A DNA stretch of 27,488 bases. Origin: a virus (Duplodnaviria; Caudoviricetes). Under the pieces are notes generated by a model that ran no database searches, had not been told where the DNA came from, and worked only from the letters and a program-made list of their open reading frames with translations. Below are positions 1 through 8,016 of the stretch, piece after piece; positions within the stretch are counted from its first letter, which is position 1, and each line of letters begins with the position of its first letter. The translations under genes were made by a program, and so were the position numbers. Location of the stretch: the IMG/VR virus record IMGVR_UViG_3300032332_000359, positions 1 to 27,488 of that record; one strand, given 5' to 3'.

Positions 1-51
1 GGGACCACTTTAAACGGATACGTTTGTAACCTGACCGCATCTCAGGCATAG
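1..51 (+). CDS. 3' end of an upstream (probably virion/tail) gene, partial
   Basis: Frame 1 is open from the window edge (GTTLNGYVCNLTASQA*) to TAG at 49-51, 9 nt before the next ATG. Confidence 0.6.
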   Translation, partial: GTTLNGYVCNLTASQA

Positions 52-60
52 GGGCTAACC

Positions 61-246
61 ATGTACGACACCATCGACAAAGAATTGGATGTGGCAGGTA
101 AGACCCGTGTTCGCGTAGCGATCAACGGCGAGTCAATCATGTTTAAGTTCCAGTCAGACCCAACCGATGAAGAAGTACAGGCCGAGGCTGCGCGTTACGA
201 TGCGATGATGCAGGAGCAAGCCGATGGCGCTCCCGACCCGGGCTGA
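61..246 (+). CDS. small hypothetical phage protein (61 aa)
   Basis: ATG preceded by AGGGG; fills the space between neighbours; its 3' end overlaps the RBS and start of the next gene. Confidence 0.75.
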   Translation: MYDTIDKELDVAGKTRVRVAINGESIMFKFQSDPTDEEVQAEAARYDAMMQEQADGAPDPG

Positions 247-1348
247 TGTTCAAACCCTAGACTATAGCGGCTACGGGCAACCTGCTGCCTATCTTGAGGC
301 TAAAACACTCACGCCTTCGTCGAGTACGCTTGACTATAGCGGTTATGGGCAACCTGCTGTCGGCCTACCATCAGGTAGCGGTAGTGTCAGTGTAAGTCCA
401 ACGGCTGTTACGGCTACTGGTGCTGTCGGCACAGTCAGCGTTACAGTTATAGCTAACATAAGTACTACCCTCACGGGTGTTTCGGCTTCAGGCTCTATTG
501 GTACAGTTACATTTGCTTTTGGTACAAGTTTTACCCTTACGGGTGTTTCGGCTTCTGGGTCACTTGGTGCAGTTACATTCGCTTTCGGTACAAGTTTTAC
601 CCTCACGGGTGTCTCAGCTACTGGGTCTCTTGGCACTGCCGTAGCCGCAGCTTCTGCAAGGGTAATTACAACTGGTGTTTCGGCTTCAGGCTCTATTGGC
701 ACGGCTACTACTTCTGCTGCTGGTAACGCCTACCCAACTACTGACCCCATGCTTGGCTCCGTTGGATCGGTTACGACTAGCGCCTTGGCTAATGTAACGC
801 CTACAGGTGTAGTAGGTACGAGTGCCATTGGTACTGCGTATACAGAGTCGGCCTACTACCTCACCGGGGTATCAGCTTCTGGGACTATTGGTACTGCTGT
901 TGCCACTGCGGGTGCAAACGTATTTGTTTCTGGCGTCTCAGCTTCGGGTGTAGTTGGCACGCTCGATGCAACAGGTAAAGCAAACATCAGCCCAACAGGG
1001 GTCGTTGGTACAAGTGCGATTGGTACGGCGCGGACTCAGTCTAGCTACTACGTCACTGGCGTATCTGCCTCTGGATTTATTGGTACCACTAGCGTAAAGG
1101 CTGGAGCTAATGTATACCCTATTGGGGTCTCGGCTGTTGGTAGTACCGGCTTTGCGCTTGTTTGGGGGCAGATCAATGACAACCAGACACCTAACTGGGT
1201 AGACGTAAATGACTCGCAAAGTGTAACTTGGTCTGCTATATCCGACACCCAGACGCCTAACTGGATACCTGTTGTTGATGCCCAAACAGTAACGTGGACA
1301 CAAGTTAATGATGGAAACACAGTAGTCTGGACTCAGATACCGACGTAA
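224..1348 (+). CDS. Ser/Thr/Gly/Val-rich repetitive virion protein (tail/fibre-associated)
   Basis: GGAG 8 nt before ATG; TLDYSGYGQPA occurs twice; many ~22-aa TGVSASGxIGT repeats; Trp-periodic C-terminus; structural-module context. Confidence 0.8.
   Translation: MALPTRADVQTLDYSGYGQPAAYLEAKTLTPSSSTLDYSGYGQPAVGLPSGSGSVSVSPTAVTATGAVGTVSVTVIANISTTLTGVSASGSIGTVTFAFGTSFTLTGVSASGSLGAVTFAFGTSFTLTGVSATGSLGTAVAAASARVITTGVSASGSIGTATTSAAGNAYPTTDPMLGSVGSVTTSALANVTPTGVVGTSAIGTAYTESAYYLTGVSASGTIGTAVATAGANVFVSGVSASGVVGTLDATGKANISPTGVVGTSAIGTARTQSSYYVTGVSASGFIGTTSVKAGANVYPIGVSAVGSTGFALVWGQINDNQTPNWVDVNDSQSVTWSAISDTQTPNWIPVVDAQTVTWTQVNDGNTVVWTQIPT
467..637 (+). repeat. 66-nt (22-aa) imperfect tandem repeat within the 374-aa gene
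   Basis: Units start at 467, 533 and 599 (TLTGVSASGSIGTVTFAFGTSF / TLTGVSASGSLGAVTFAFGTSF / TLTGVSATGSLGT). Confidence 0.85.
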
Positions 1349-1357
1349 GGAACGAAG

Positions 1358-2911
1358 ATGGCAAGTACATATAGCAACCTTAAAATCCAGTTGATGGCCA
1401 CAGGCGAGAACAGCGCCACTTGGGGCAACGTCACCAATACTAACCTTGGCACGGCGCTTGAAGAAGCTATTGCTGGGTCGGCTGATGTAGCTTTCACTAG
1501 TGCCAACGTCACTCTTACATTGACAGATACCAATGCCACGCAGACTGCGCGTAACTTGCGCCTCAACCTGACTGGTACTGCTACTGCTGGATATAACCTC
1601 GTTGTTCCCGCAATTGAGAAGGCGTATATAGTCAACAACGGTACCGATGGCACGATCACGGTCAAGAACGCCACTGGCTCCGGCATTGCCGTACCTACAG
1701 GCAAAACAATATGGGTGTTCAATGATGGCACAAATGTTAAAGATGTAACGACCCATCTCACTTCACTGACGCTCGCTACAGTCCTCCCTGTTGCTTCTGG
1801 CGGTACTGGCGGAAACACCGCCTCCGCTGCACGTACGGCACTCAGCGCCGCAGCTTCCGGGGCTAACAGTGATATAACTTCTCTCAGTGGTCTGACCACC
1901 GCACTTAGCATTGCACAAGGTGGCACGGGGTCTAACACTGCGGCTTTGGCTCGTACGGCTCTTGGAGCCACCACTGTGGGCGGTAACGTCTTCACACTGA
2001 CCAACCCAAGTGCAATTACGTTCCCTCGGTTTAACGCAGACAACACTGTTACTGCTCTTGATGCAGCAACTTTCCGGAGTGCAATCGGTGCGGGTACTAG
2101 CTCGACCACAGGTACAGTTACGTCGGTTGCTATGTCGGTCCCTGCGTTTCTTTCCATTGCGGGTTCACCGATCACCGCATCAGGCACGTTGGCTGTAACC
2201 CTTTCAGGTACTGCACTACCTATCGCCAATGGTGGTACGGGGTCTACTTCGACTACCTATTGCAGCCTTACATCTAATGTCACAGGCACTCTGCCTATTG
2301 CTAATGGTGGTACGGGGTCTACTTCGACTACCTATTGCAGCCTTACAACTAACGTTACTGGCACCCTGCCTATCGCAAACGGTGGTACAAACGCGACGAC
2401 TGCTGCTGGCGCACTCTCTACACTTGGTGCCTATGCTGCTACCAACCCGTCAGGCTTTACGTCAAACACCGGCACAGTGACTTCTGTAGCTACTTCAGGT
2501 TCGACTAACGGACTTAGCCTTACAGGCGGCACAATCACTTCAACCGGCACAGTTACTCTTAGCGGCTCGGTCACTTCGGTTGCATCTGGTGCTACCATCG
2601 ACAGCATTACAATCGGTTACCGCAGCATTCCCCGCTCTACAACGGCCACCACGGCTGCTGTAGGGGATGTCGGTAAGTGTATCGCGGTCACCGCTGGCAT
2701 CACAATTCCCAACAGCACATTCGCTGCGGGTGACGCGGTCTCGATATACAATGACAGCGCCTCGGCGATTACGATAACGGCAAGCATAACTACGCTTCGC
2801 CAAGCGGGCACAACTAATACGGGCAACCGCACACTGGCTGCACGGGGCATGGCTACCGTCTGGTTTAACAGTTCAACCGAGGCAATCATCTCAGGCGCGG
2901 GAGTAACCTAA
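1358..2911 (+). CDS. tail fibre protein
   Basis: AAGGA RBS; Thr/Gly/Ala-rich; repeated LP(I/V)A(N/S)GGT motifs typical of phage fibres; GTVTSV motifs; compact C-terminal domain ending IISGAGVT; stop overlaps the next ATG (TAATG). Confidence 0.8.
   Translation: MASTYSNLKIQLMATGENSATWGNVTNTNLGTALEEAIAGSADVAFTSANVTLTLTDTNATQTARNLRLNLTGTATAGYNLVVPAIEKAYIVNNGTDGTITVKNATGSGIAVPTGKTIWVFNDGTNVKDVTTHLTSLTLATVLPVASGGTGGNTASAARTALSAAASGANSDITSLSGLTTALSIAQGGTGSNTAALARTALGATTVGGNVFTLTNPSAITFPRFNADNTVTALDAATFRSAIGAGTSSTTGTVTSVAMSVPAFLSIAGSPITASGTLAVTLSGTALPIANGGTGSTSTTYCSLTSNVTGTLPIANGGTGSTSTTYCSLTTNVTGTLPIANGGTNATTAAGALSTLGAYAATNPSGFTSNTGTVTSVATSGSTNGLSLTGGTITSTGTVTLSGSVTSVASGATIDSITIGYRSIPRSTTATTAAVGDVGKCIAVTAGITIPNSTFAAGDAVSIYNDSASAITITASITTLRQAGTTNTGNRTLAARGMATVWFNSSTEAIISGAGVT
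2228..2347 (+). repeat. 75-nt-period tandem duplication with a 45-nt identical core in the tail fibre gene
   Basis: aatggtggtacggggtctacttcgactacctattgcagccttaca at 2228-2272 and 2303-2347. Confidence 0.9.
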
Positions 2912-3321
2912 TGAGTGGTATTCAGATGGCGCTACTTGGGGCTAGTGGCTTACTTGACCTTCAAACGGTAACAACAGGCAACGACGGCGACCCAATAGAT
3001 TTTAACCAGAAAAGGGGTTTTCAATTTGGGTCATTTGGTTCCTGTAATGATGGCACATCAAACCTCTACTCAGGCGCTCAGATTGAACAGTTTCAGTGGC
3101 GTGAAGACCCCGGAAATTATATATTTAACGTCACTGGTTCGGTTCCTAACAGCGGCTGGACCACGTTAACTATTGTTGGAAACGGGACCAAAGTTCTTAC
3201 ACGCGCTTCGGCGTCTTTTACTGCTAGTGCATCTACCTCGTGGGTTTGGTCAACGTCGGACGACGTAAGTGCCCAAGTGTTTGGAAGTGTTAGTTCTACC
3301 GTAGTTTGTACGTTTACTTAG
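2911..3321 (+). CDS. small fibre-associated protein (possible tip/receptor-binding protein)
   Basis: Translationally coupled to the fibre gene; short N-terminal MSGIQMALLG segment then a beta-rich, aromatic-rich body. Function inferred from position only. Confidence 0.65.
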   Translation: MSGIQMALLGASGLLDLQTVTTGNDGDPIDFNQKRGFQFGSFGSCNDGTSNLYSGAQIEQFQWREDPGNYIFNVTGSVPNSGWTTLTIVGNGTKVLTRASASFTASASTSWVWSTSDDVSAQVFGSVSSTVVCTFT

Positions 3322-3330
3322 GGGTGTGAA

Positions 3331-3501
3331 ATGGTCTTAACAATCTCCTACCCAGCAAACGAAGCTGAATGGTACGCCAAGGGCACACTTGAAGGCGGTG
3401 GCTATTTTGAGGTGCCTGCTACGTTTAACTCTGACGGCACTTGCGATACAGTGGCTACAGATGCCAGTGTGCAGTTTCTAATCCTTGTACTGAGCAAATA
3501 A
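3331..3501 (+). CDS. small hypothetical protein (56 aa), absent from the ORF track
   Basis: MVLTISYPANEAEWYAKGTLEGGGYFEVPATFNSDGTCDTVATDASVQFLILVLSK*; GGGGTG upstream; fills the gap between 3321 and 3506. Confidence 0.7.
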   Translation: MVLTISYPANEAEWYAKGTLEGGGYFEVPATFNSDGTCDTVATDASVQFLILVLSK

Positions 3502-3505
3502 GCTA

Positions 3506-5431
3506 ATGGCCTTCATCAAGCTCCAGTTTAAGCCCGGTGTGAACCGCGACCAGACCGACTATTCGGGCGAGGGCGGCTGGTATGCTTGCGACAAAATTAG
3601 GTTTCGCTCAGGCTACCCAGAGAAGATCGGTGGCTGGACTAAAAATACTTCTTCGTCGTTCCTTGGTACCTGCCGTCAGATGTGGAGTTGGATAACCACG
3701 TTTAGTGATGATTTTCTTGGGTTAGGTACAAACACCAAGCTCTATATCCAAAACGGCCCCGGCGGTGACTTTGCTGACATTACGCCGCTGCGTACTACTT
3801 CGCCAACTTACACAGGTGCCAATACTACCAACTCAATCTATACGACTAACGGATCGAACATTGTTCGGGTAACGCTTGCTGTAGACCCCGGCGCTGCCGT
3901 AGGTAACTACGCTGATATATCTGGTGCTACGGCAGTAGGTGGTATCCCTGCCTCGGAGCTTAACACAACGCAACTTATTGCGACTGCGGGCACGCCTGCT
4001 AACTCTTTTACATTTCAAACATCTACAAATGCTACATCAAACGTAGCTGGCGGGGGCGGTGCAGGTATAACGGTTAGCTTTGAAATTAATACCGGCTATG
4101 CCAGCGCAACTCTAGGCTACGGCTGGGGCACAAGTACGTGGGGTCGTGGTACATGGGGTTCTAGCTCTACCTCCCCTATCGTACTACCACAGCAAGACTG
4201 GTGGATGGATAACTTCGACAACGACCTTGTGGCTAACATCCGTAACGGTGCGCCTTATTACTGGGAACGTGGCACTACGGTAAGCCCCGTCACTGCACTT
4301 GCCACCCGTGCTATTACGCTACAAGCGTATGCTACTGCTCAAGGATATAGTTCCGCTGATGTGCCACTTAAGGTCATGCAGCTTCTGGTCTCGCAGCAAG
4401 ATAAACACCTGCTAGCTTTTGGCGCTGTGCCTTATGGTAGTGTAAGCACGGCTGACTTTGATCCGCTTCTTATCCGTTGGGCCTCGCAAGATAGCCCCGG
4501 CGAGTGGGGGCCGACTGTTACTAATAGTGCTGGTTTCTTACGTGTTTCGCGTGGTTCCCGTATTGTCCGTGCACTTTCAACACGGCAGGAAATCTTGGTC
4601 TGGACCGATACACACTTATACACGCTTCAGTTCCTTGGTACGACTGACGTATTTGGGCTTCAGGAATACGCAGATAATATCTCGATTGCTTCCCCACGCG
4701 CTGTGGTGACCGCTGCCAACATCGTCTACTGGATGGGCCAAGATAAGTTCTATGCATATACGGGCCGCGTCGAGACGCTTCCGTGTACCCTACGTAACCA
4801 TGTCTTCATGAACATCAACTTCAGCCAGTCTGACCAGATTATCTGTGGCACAAACGAGCAGTGGAATGAAGTCTGGTGGTTCTACCCAACTGCCGACTCA
4901 AACTGGAACAACGCCTACGTGGTGTATAACTACCTAGACCAAGTCTGGTATTATGGCACGATAGAACGCACAGCTTGGCTTGATACCCCGCTGCGCCATT
5001 ACCCACAAGCGGCAGATACAGGGCAGAGTGCTACCTCTGGCTACCTCTACAACCACGAGGATGGGGTCAATGATGACGTTATAGCTATGGAAGCCTATAT
5101 CCAATCAAACGATTTTGACATCGAAGACGGTGAGCAGTTTATGCTTACACGGCGTATTATTCCTGACATTGACTTTTCTGGGTCTGATACTTCACCCACA
5201 CCCCAAGTCACGTTAGAAATTAAGAGCCGTAACTTCCCGGGCAATGCGTTCAATACCAACACGGACGATACGGCAAACGTAACCCAAACTACAGTAGGTG
5301 CCTACACAGGGCAGGTCTTCATGCGTATCCGTGCGCGTCAGATGGCACTTAAAGTTATTTCAGACCAGCTTGGCACCCAGTGGCAGCTTGGTGCACCGCG
5401 TCTTGACGCACGGCCAGATGGTAAACGCTAA
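3506..5431 (+). CDS. tail hub/nozzle-like protein (P22 gp10 DNA-stabilisation / tail tubular B-like)
   Basis: 641 aa, beta-propeller-like composition; recognisable motifs (KIRFRSGYPEKIGGW, DPLLIRW, VYWMG, NEVWWFYP, C-terminal RPDGKR); lies just upstream of probable ejection genes. Confidence 0.7.
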   Translation: MAFIKLQFKPGVNRDQTDYSGEGGWYACDKIRFRSGYPEKIGGWTKNTSSSFLGTCRQMWSWITTFSDDFLGLGTNTKLYIQNGPGGDFADITPLRTTSPTYTGANTTNSIYTTNGSNIVRVTLAVDPGAAVGNYADISGATAVGGIPASELNTTQLIATAGTPANSFTFQTSTNATSNVAGGGGAGITVSFEINTGYASATLGYGWGTSTWGRGTWGSSSTSPIVLPQQDWWMDNFDNDLVANIRNGAPYYWERGTTVSPVTALATRAITLQAYATAQGYSSADVPLKVMQLLVSQQDKHLLAFGAVPYGSVSTADFDPLLIRWASQDSPGEWGPTVTNSAGFLRVSRGSRIVRALSTRQEILVWTDTHLYTLQFLGTTDVFGLQEYADNISIASPRAVVTAANIVYWMGQDKFYAYTGRVETLPCTLRNHVFMNINFSQSDQIICGTNEQWNEVWWFYPTADSNWNNAYVVYNYLDQVWYYGTIERTAWLDTPLRHYPQAADTGQSATSGYLYNHEDGVNDDVIAMEAYIQSNDFDIEDGEQFMLTRRIIPDIDFSGSDTSPTPQVTLEIKSRNFPGNAFNTNTDDTANVTQTTVGAYTGQVFMRIRARQMALKVISDQLGTQWQLGAPRLDARPDGKR

Positions 5432-6378
5432 TGGCTCTTGATAAGTTCAATGCACCTCCACTGCCTAATGCGCCAAAAGAATATGATCCGCAGTATATAC
5501 GGCAGGTGTTGCGGGTGCTTGAAATTTATTTTTCCCAGCTTGACTCGAACACACCCAATCATGCGCAGAAGTATACGGCTGATACTTTTGTGGGCGGGAC
5601 TTTTACCGGTAGTAATATCACCGCTACCGGCACGGTTGCTACAACTAACCTATCCGCTATAAACGCTTCTATTGGGTATGAACGCGCCAACGGCGTGTGG
5701 ACCGATGCACTTATTTCGTACGGCCACCGCAACCAGCGGCAAGTATCGGAAGATATGATGGTCGGCAGTATCTACGCTACCGACTTCTATGGGAGTGGCG
5801 AACATATATTTACACCTTACACGGTGCTTCAAAGCTCTAGCAACCAGACACTTTCTGCCGTCGATGTAGCCGTGGGCGTAACTTACACCACTAATGATTT
5901 CCCCAATGTTATAACTATTGGAAGCCCCACTTCGCGGATTGTCGTTTCGCATGAAGGGATTTACCAGTTTACATTTAGCTTGCAGTTCCAAAGCACCGCC
6001 AATAGTACAGAAATAGTTGACGTTTGGTTCCGCAAGAATGGCACGGACATCGCTGCTTCAAATAGCCAGTTCTCTATGCCACCACGTAAGAGTGCGGGTG
6101 TGCCGTCAGCGCTTATTGCTGTAACGCCATATATGGTTAGTCTAGCAGCCAACGACTATGTCGAGATTATGTGGAACTCGTCTGCTACTACGACGAGCCT
6201 TACGGCCCTTGCAGCTAAAACTTTTAGTGCTGGTAATAACCCCGCTGTTCCGGCAACACCGTCAGCTATTGTTGCAGTGCAGTTTATCTCAGCCAAGTTC
6301 CCGAACCCAACTTACGTAGCACCACTTCCGGTATTTGGTTTTGGACAAATCGGTGCTATACAAGTAGTGACAAGGTAG
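5431..6378 (+). CDS. virion protein with C-terminal C1q/TNF-like jelly-roll (possible tail needle/knob)
   Basis: TAATG coupling; N-terminal helix YDPQYIRQVLRVLEIYFSQLD; C-terminal GIYQFTFSLQF...VWFRKNG...LAANDYVEIMW pattern resembling C1q/BclA-type domains. Confidence 0.6.
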   Translation: MALDKFNAPPLPNAPKEYDPQYIRQVLRVLEIYFSQLDSNTPNHAQKYTADTFVGGTFTGSNITATGTVATTNLSAINASIGYERANGVWTDALISYGHRNQRQVSEDMMVGSIYATDFYGSGEHIFTPYTVLQSSSNQTLSAVDVAVGVTYTTNDFPNVITIGSPTSRIVVSHEGIYQFTFSLQFQSTANSTEIVDVWFRKNGTDIAASNSQFSMPPRKSAGVPSALIAVTPYMVSLAANDYVEIMWNSSATTTSLTALAAKTFSAGNNPAVPATPSAIVAVQFISAKFPNPTYVAPLPVFGFGQIGAIQVVTR

Positions 6379-6384
6379 GAATTA

Positions 6385-8010
6385 ATGATGGACCAGCAAA
6401 TGGCACAAATGCAGCTTGGTACGCCTATACCCGGCACAACCGGAGGGTTGCCCCATTCTGTGGGTGCTAACACGGGTCTTATCCCGCTAGCACAGCAGCT
6501 TCGGTCGCATGGGCGTGGCAACGACTCCATGCTTGTGCATATGACGCCAAATGAAGTTAATAGCCTTCAAGGTTTGGCTATGGCTCATGGTGGTTCACTT
6601 ACTATTAACCCAGAAACAGGTCTGCCGGAAGCTGGCTGGCTCGGCAAACTACTTCCGACGATAATCGGTGCTGCCCTTGCAGCTACTGGCGTAGGTGCCC
6701 CCCTTGCTGCCCTTATGGTAGGTGCGGGCCAGACAGCGCTTACGGGTAGTCTGAAAAAAGGCTTTATGGCGGGTCTCGGTGCCTTCGGTGGTGCGGGTCT
6801 TGCTGGTGCGGCAGGTGTTGGTGGTTCGCTTCTTGGTGGTAACGCTGGTGGTATACTAGGCAGCAACGCAGGTCTTTTCGGAGCTAATATGGGTGCGGGT
6901 GCTATTGCGCCTACTGCTCTTACCGGTGCAGCCGCAGCACCAGCTAGTACTCTTGCTAGTTCGGTAGCCCCATCGGCTCCGCTTTCACTTGCTGGTGCCA
7001 CTCCGGTTGCCACTACGGCTGCTACGGGCGCGGCGAGCGCTGCCCCATTGAGCGTTGCAGGAGGTGCTATAGGTGGTGCTTCCCCAACAGCTTTGACTGT
7101 GGGTAGTGGTGGTCTTGGTGGCATTAGCGCAGGTGCCCCTGCTACATTAACGGGTGCAACCGAGACGCTTGCCTCCTCTGCTCCCGGACAGTTCACAGGC
7201 GGTTTGGGTTCACGCTTCGGTCAAGCTGTACGCGCTGGTCTCCCTGAAGGTACTCCGGGGATTGTATCCAAGATGGCTCCTATGCTAGCTGCTAACGGAG
7301 TTCTACAAGGTGTTGCTGGCGCTGCATCATCTTCTGGTAGTGTAAAGGGACCAGATGGCCAGATTGATAACTCATATCAAGGCCCATATTATGCACAAGA
7401 TCGTAAGCAAATTATGGACCCTAATGGTCCGCTCTCGTCTAAGCAGCGCCGGTTCTTCGAAATAGATATGCCGGAAATATATAACACTATGGGTCAGGTT
7501 GTGCAGCCCGGTTCTCACACAGCCCGTGGTACACAGATCATGCAGCCCGTGCTTAACTCAAAGGCCAAGAAGGGCCAACCGATGTATAACTTCCAGCCCG
7601 TTACGTATATGGGTGGTATTGATCCTAATGAGCAAGGTGCAGGTTATGCTCATGGTGGCGAGGTCCAGCTATCTGACGGAGCCTTTGTGCTTGATGCTCG
7701 CACAGTGTCTGAAATCGGAAACGGCAGTAGCAATGCTGGCATCGAAGCTCTTAGCCGGATGGGTGGACACCCAGTGCAAGGTAGTGGCGACGGAGTTAGC
7801 GATAGCGTGCCTGCCCGTATTGGTAAGGATCAACCTGCTCGTGTTGCTCGTGACGAAGTGATTATGCCTGCAAGTGCGGTTCGCCGTATAGGTAGAGGTA
7901 ATCCTCAACGCGGCGCGGACAAGCTATACTCGCTTATGGATAAGGCACATAAGGCACGGAAGAAGGCGGGGCGTGGTCAGGATACTAAGCTAAGCCGTGG
8001 GTTAGGATGA
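6385..8010 (+). CDS. probable internal virion/ejection (DNA transfer) protein, Gly/Ala-rich
   Basis: AGGA RBS; N-terminal GRGNDSMLVHMTP...TINPETGLPEA motif; hydrophobic Gly/Ala segments; C-terminal GDGVSDSVPA...DEVIMPASAV domain like tape-measure C-terminal motifs. Confidence 0.65.
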   Translation: MMDQQMAQMQLGTPIPGTTGGLPHSVGANTGLIPLAQQLRSHGRGNDSMLVHMTPNEVNSLQGLAMAHGGSLTINPETGLPEAGWLGKLLPTIIGAALAATGVGAPLAALMVGAGQTALTGSLKKGFMAGLGAFGGAGLAGAAGVGGSLLGGNAGGILGSNAGLFGANMGAGAIAPTALTGAAAAPASTLASSVAPSAPLSLAGATPVATTAATGAASAAPLSVAGGAIGGASPTALTVGSGGLGGISAGAPATLTGATETLASSAPGQFTGGLGSRFGQAVRAGLPEGTPGIVSKMAPMLAANGVLQGVAGAASSSGSVKGPDGQIDNSYQGPYYAQDRKQIMDPNGPLSSKQRRFFEIDMPEIYNTMGQVVQPGSHTARGTQIMQPVLNSKAKKGQPMYNFQPVTYMGGIDPNEQGAGYAHGGEVQLSDGAFVLDARTVSEIGNGSSNAGIEALSRMGGHPVQGSGDGVSDSVPARIGKDQPARVARDEVIMPASAVRRIGRGNPQRGADKLYSLMDKAHKARKKAGRGQDTKLSRGLG

Positions 8011-8016
8011 TTTGTA

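Noticed and set aside
2228-2347. Tail fibre repeat as a diversity-generating retroelement template/variable pair
   Set aside because: The copies are adjacent, in frame and identical in the core, with no adenine-specific differences and no reverse transcriptase in the window.
343-2889. Long - strand ORFs over the tail genes (343-702, 938-1756, 1333-2229 and others)
   Set aside because: Antisense shadows of repeat-rich + strand genes; no RBS or recognisable motifs.
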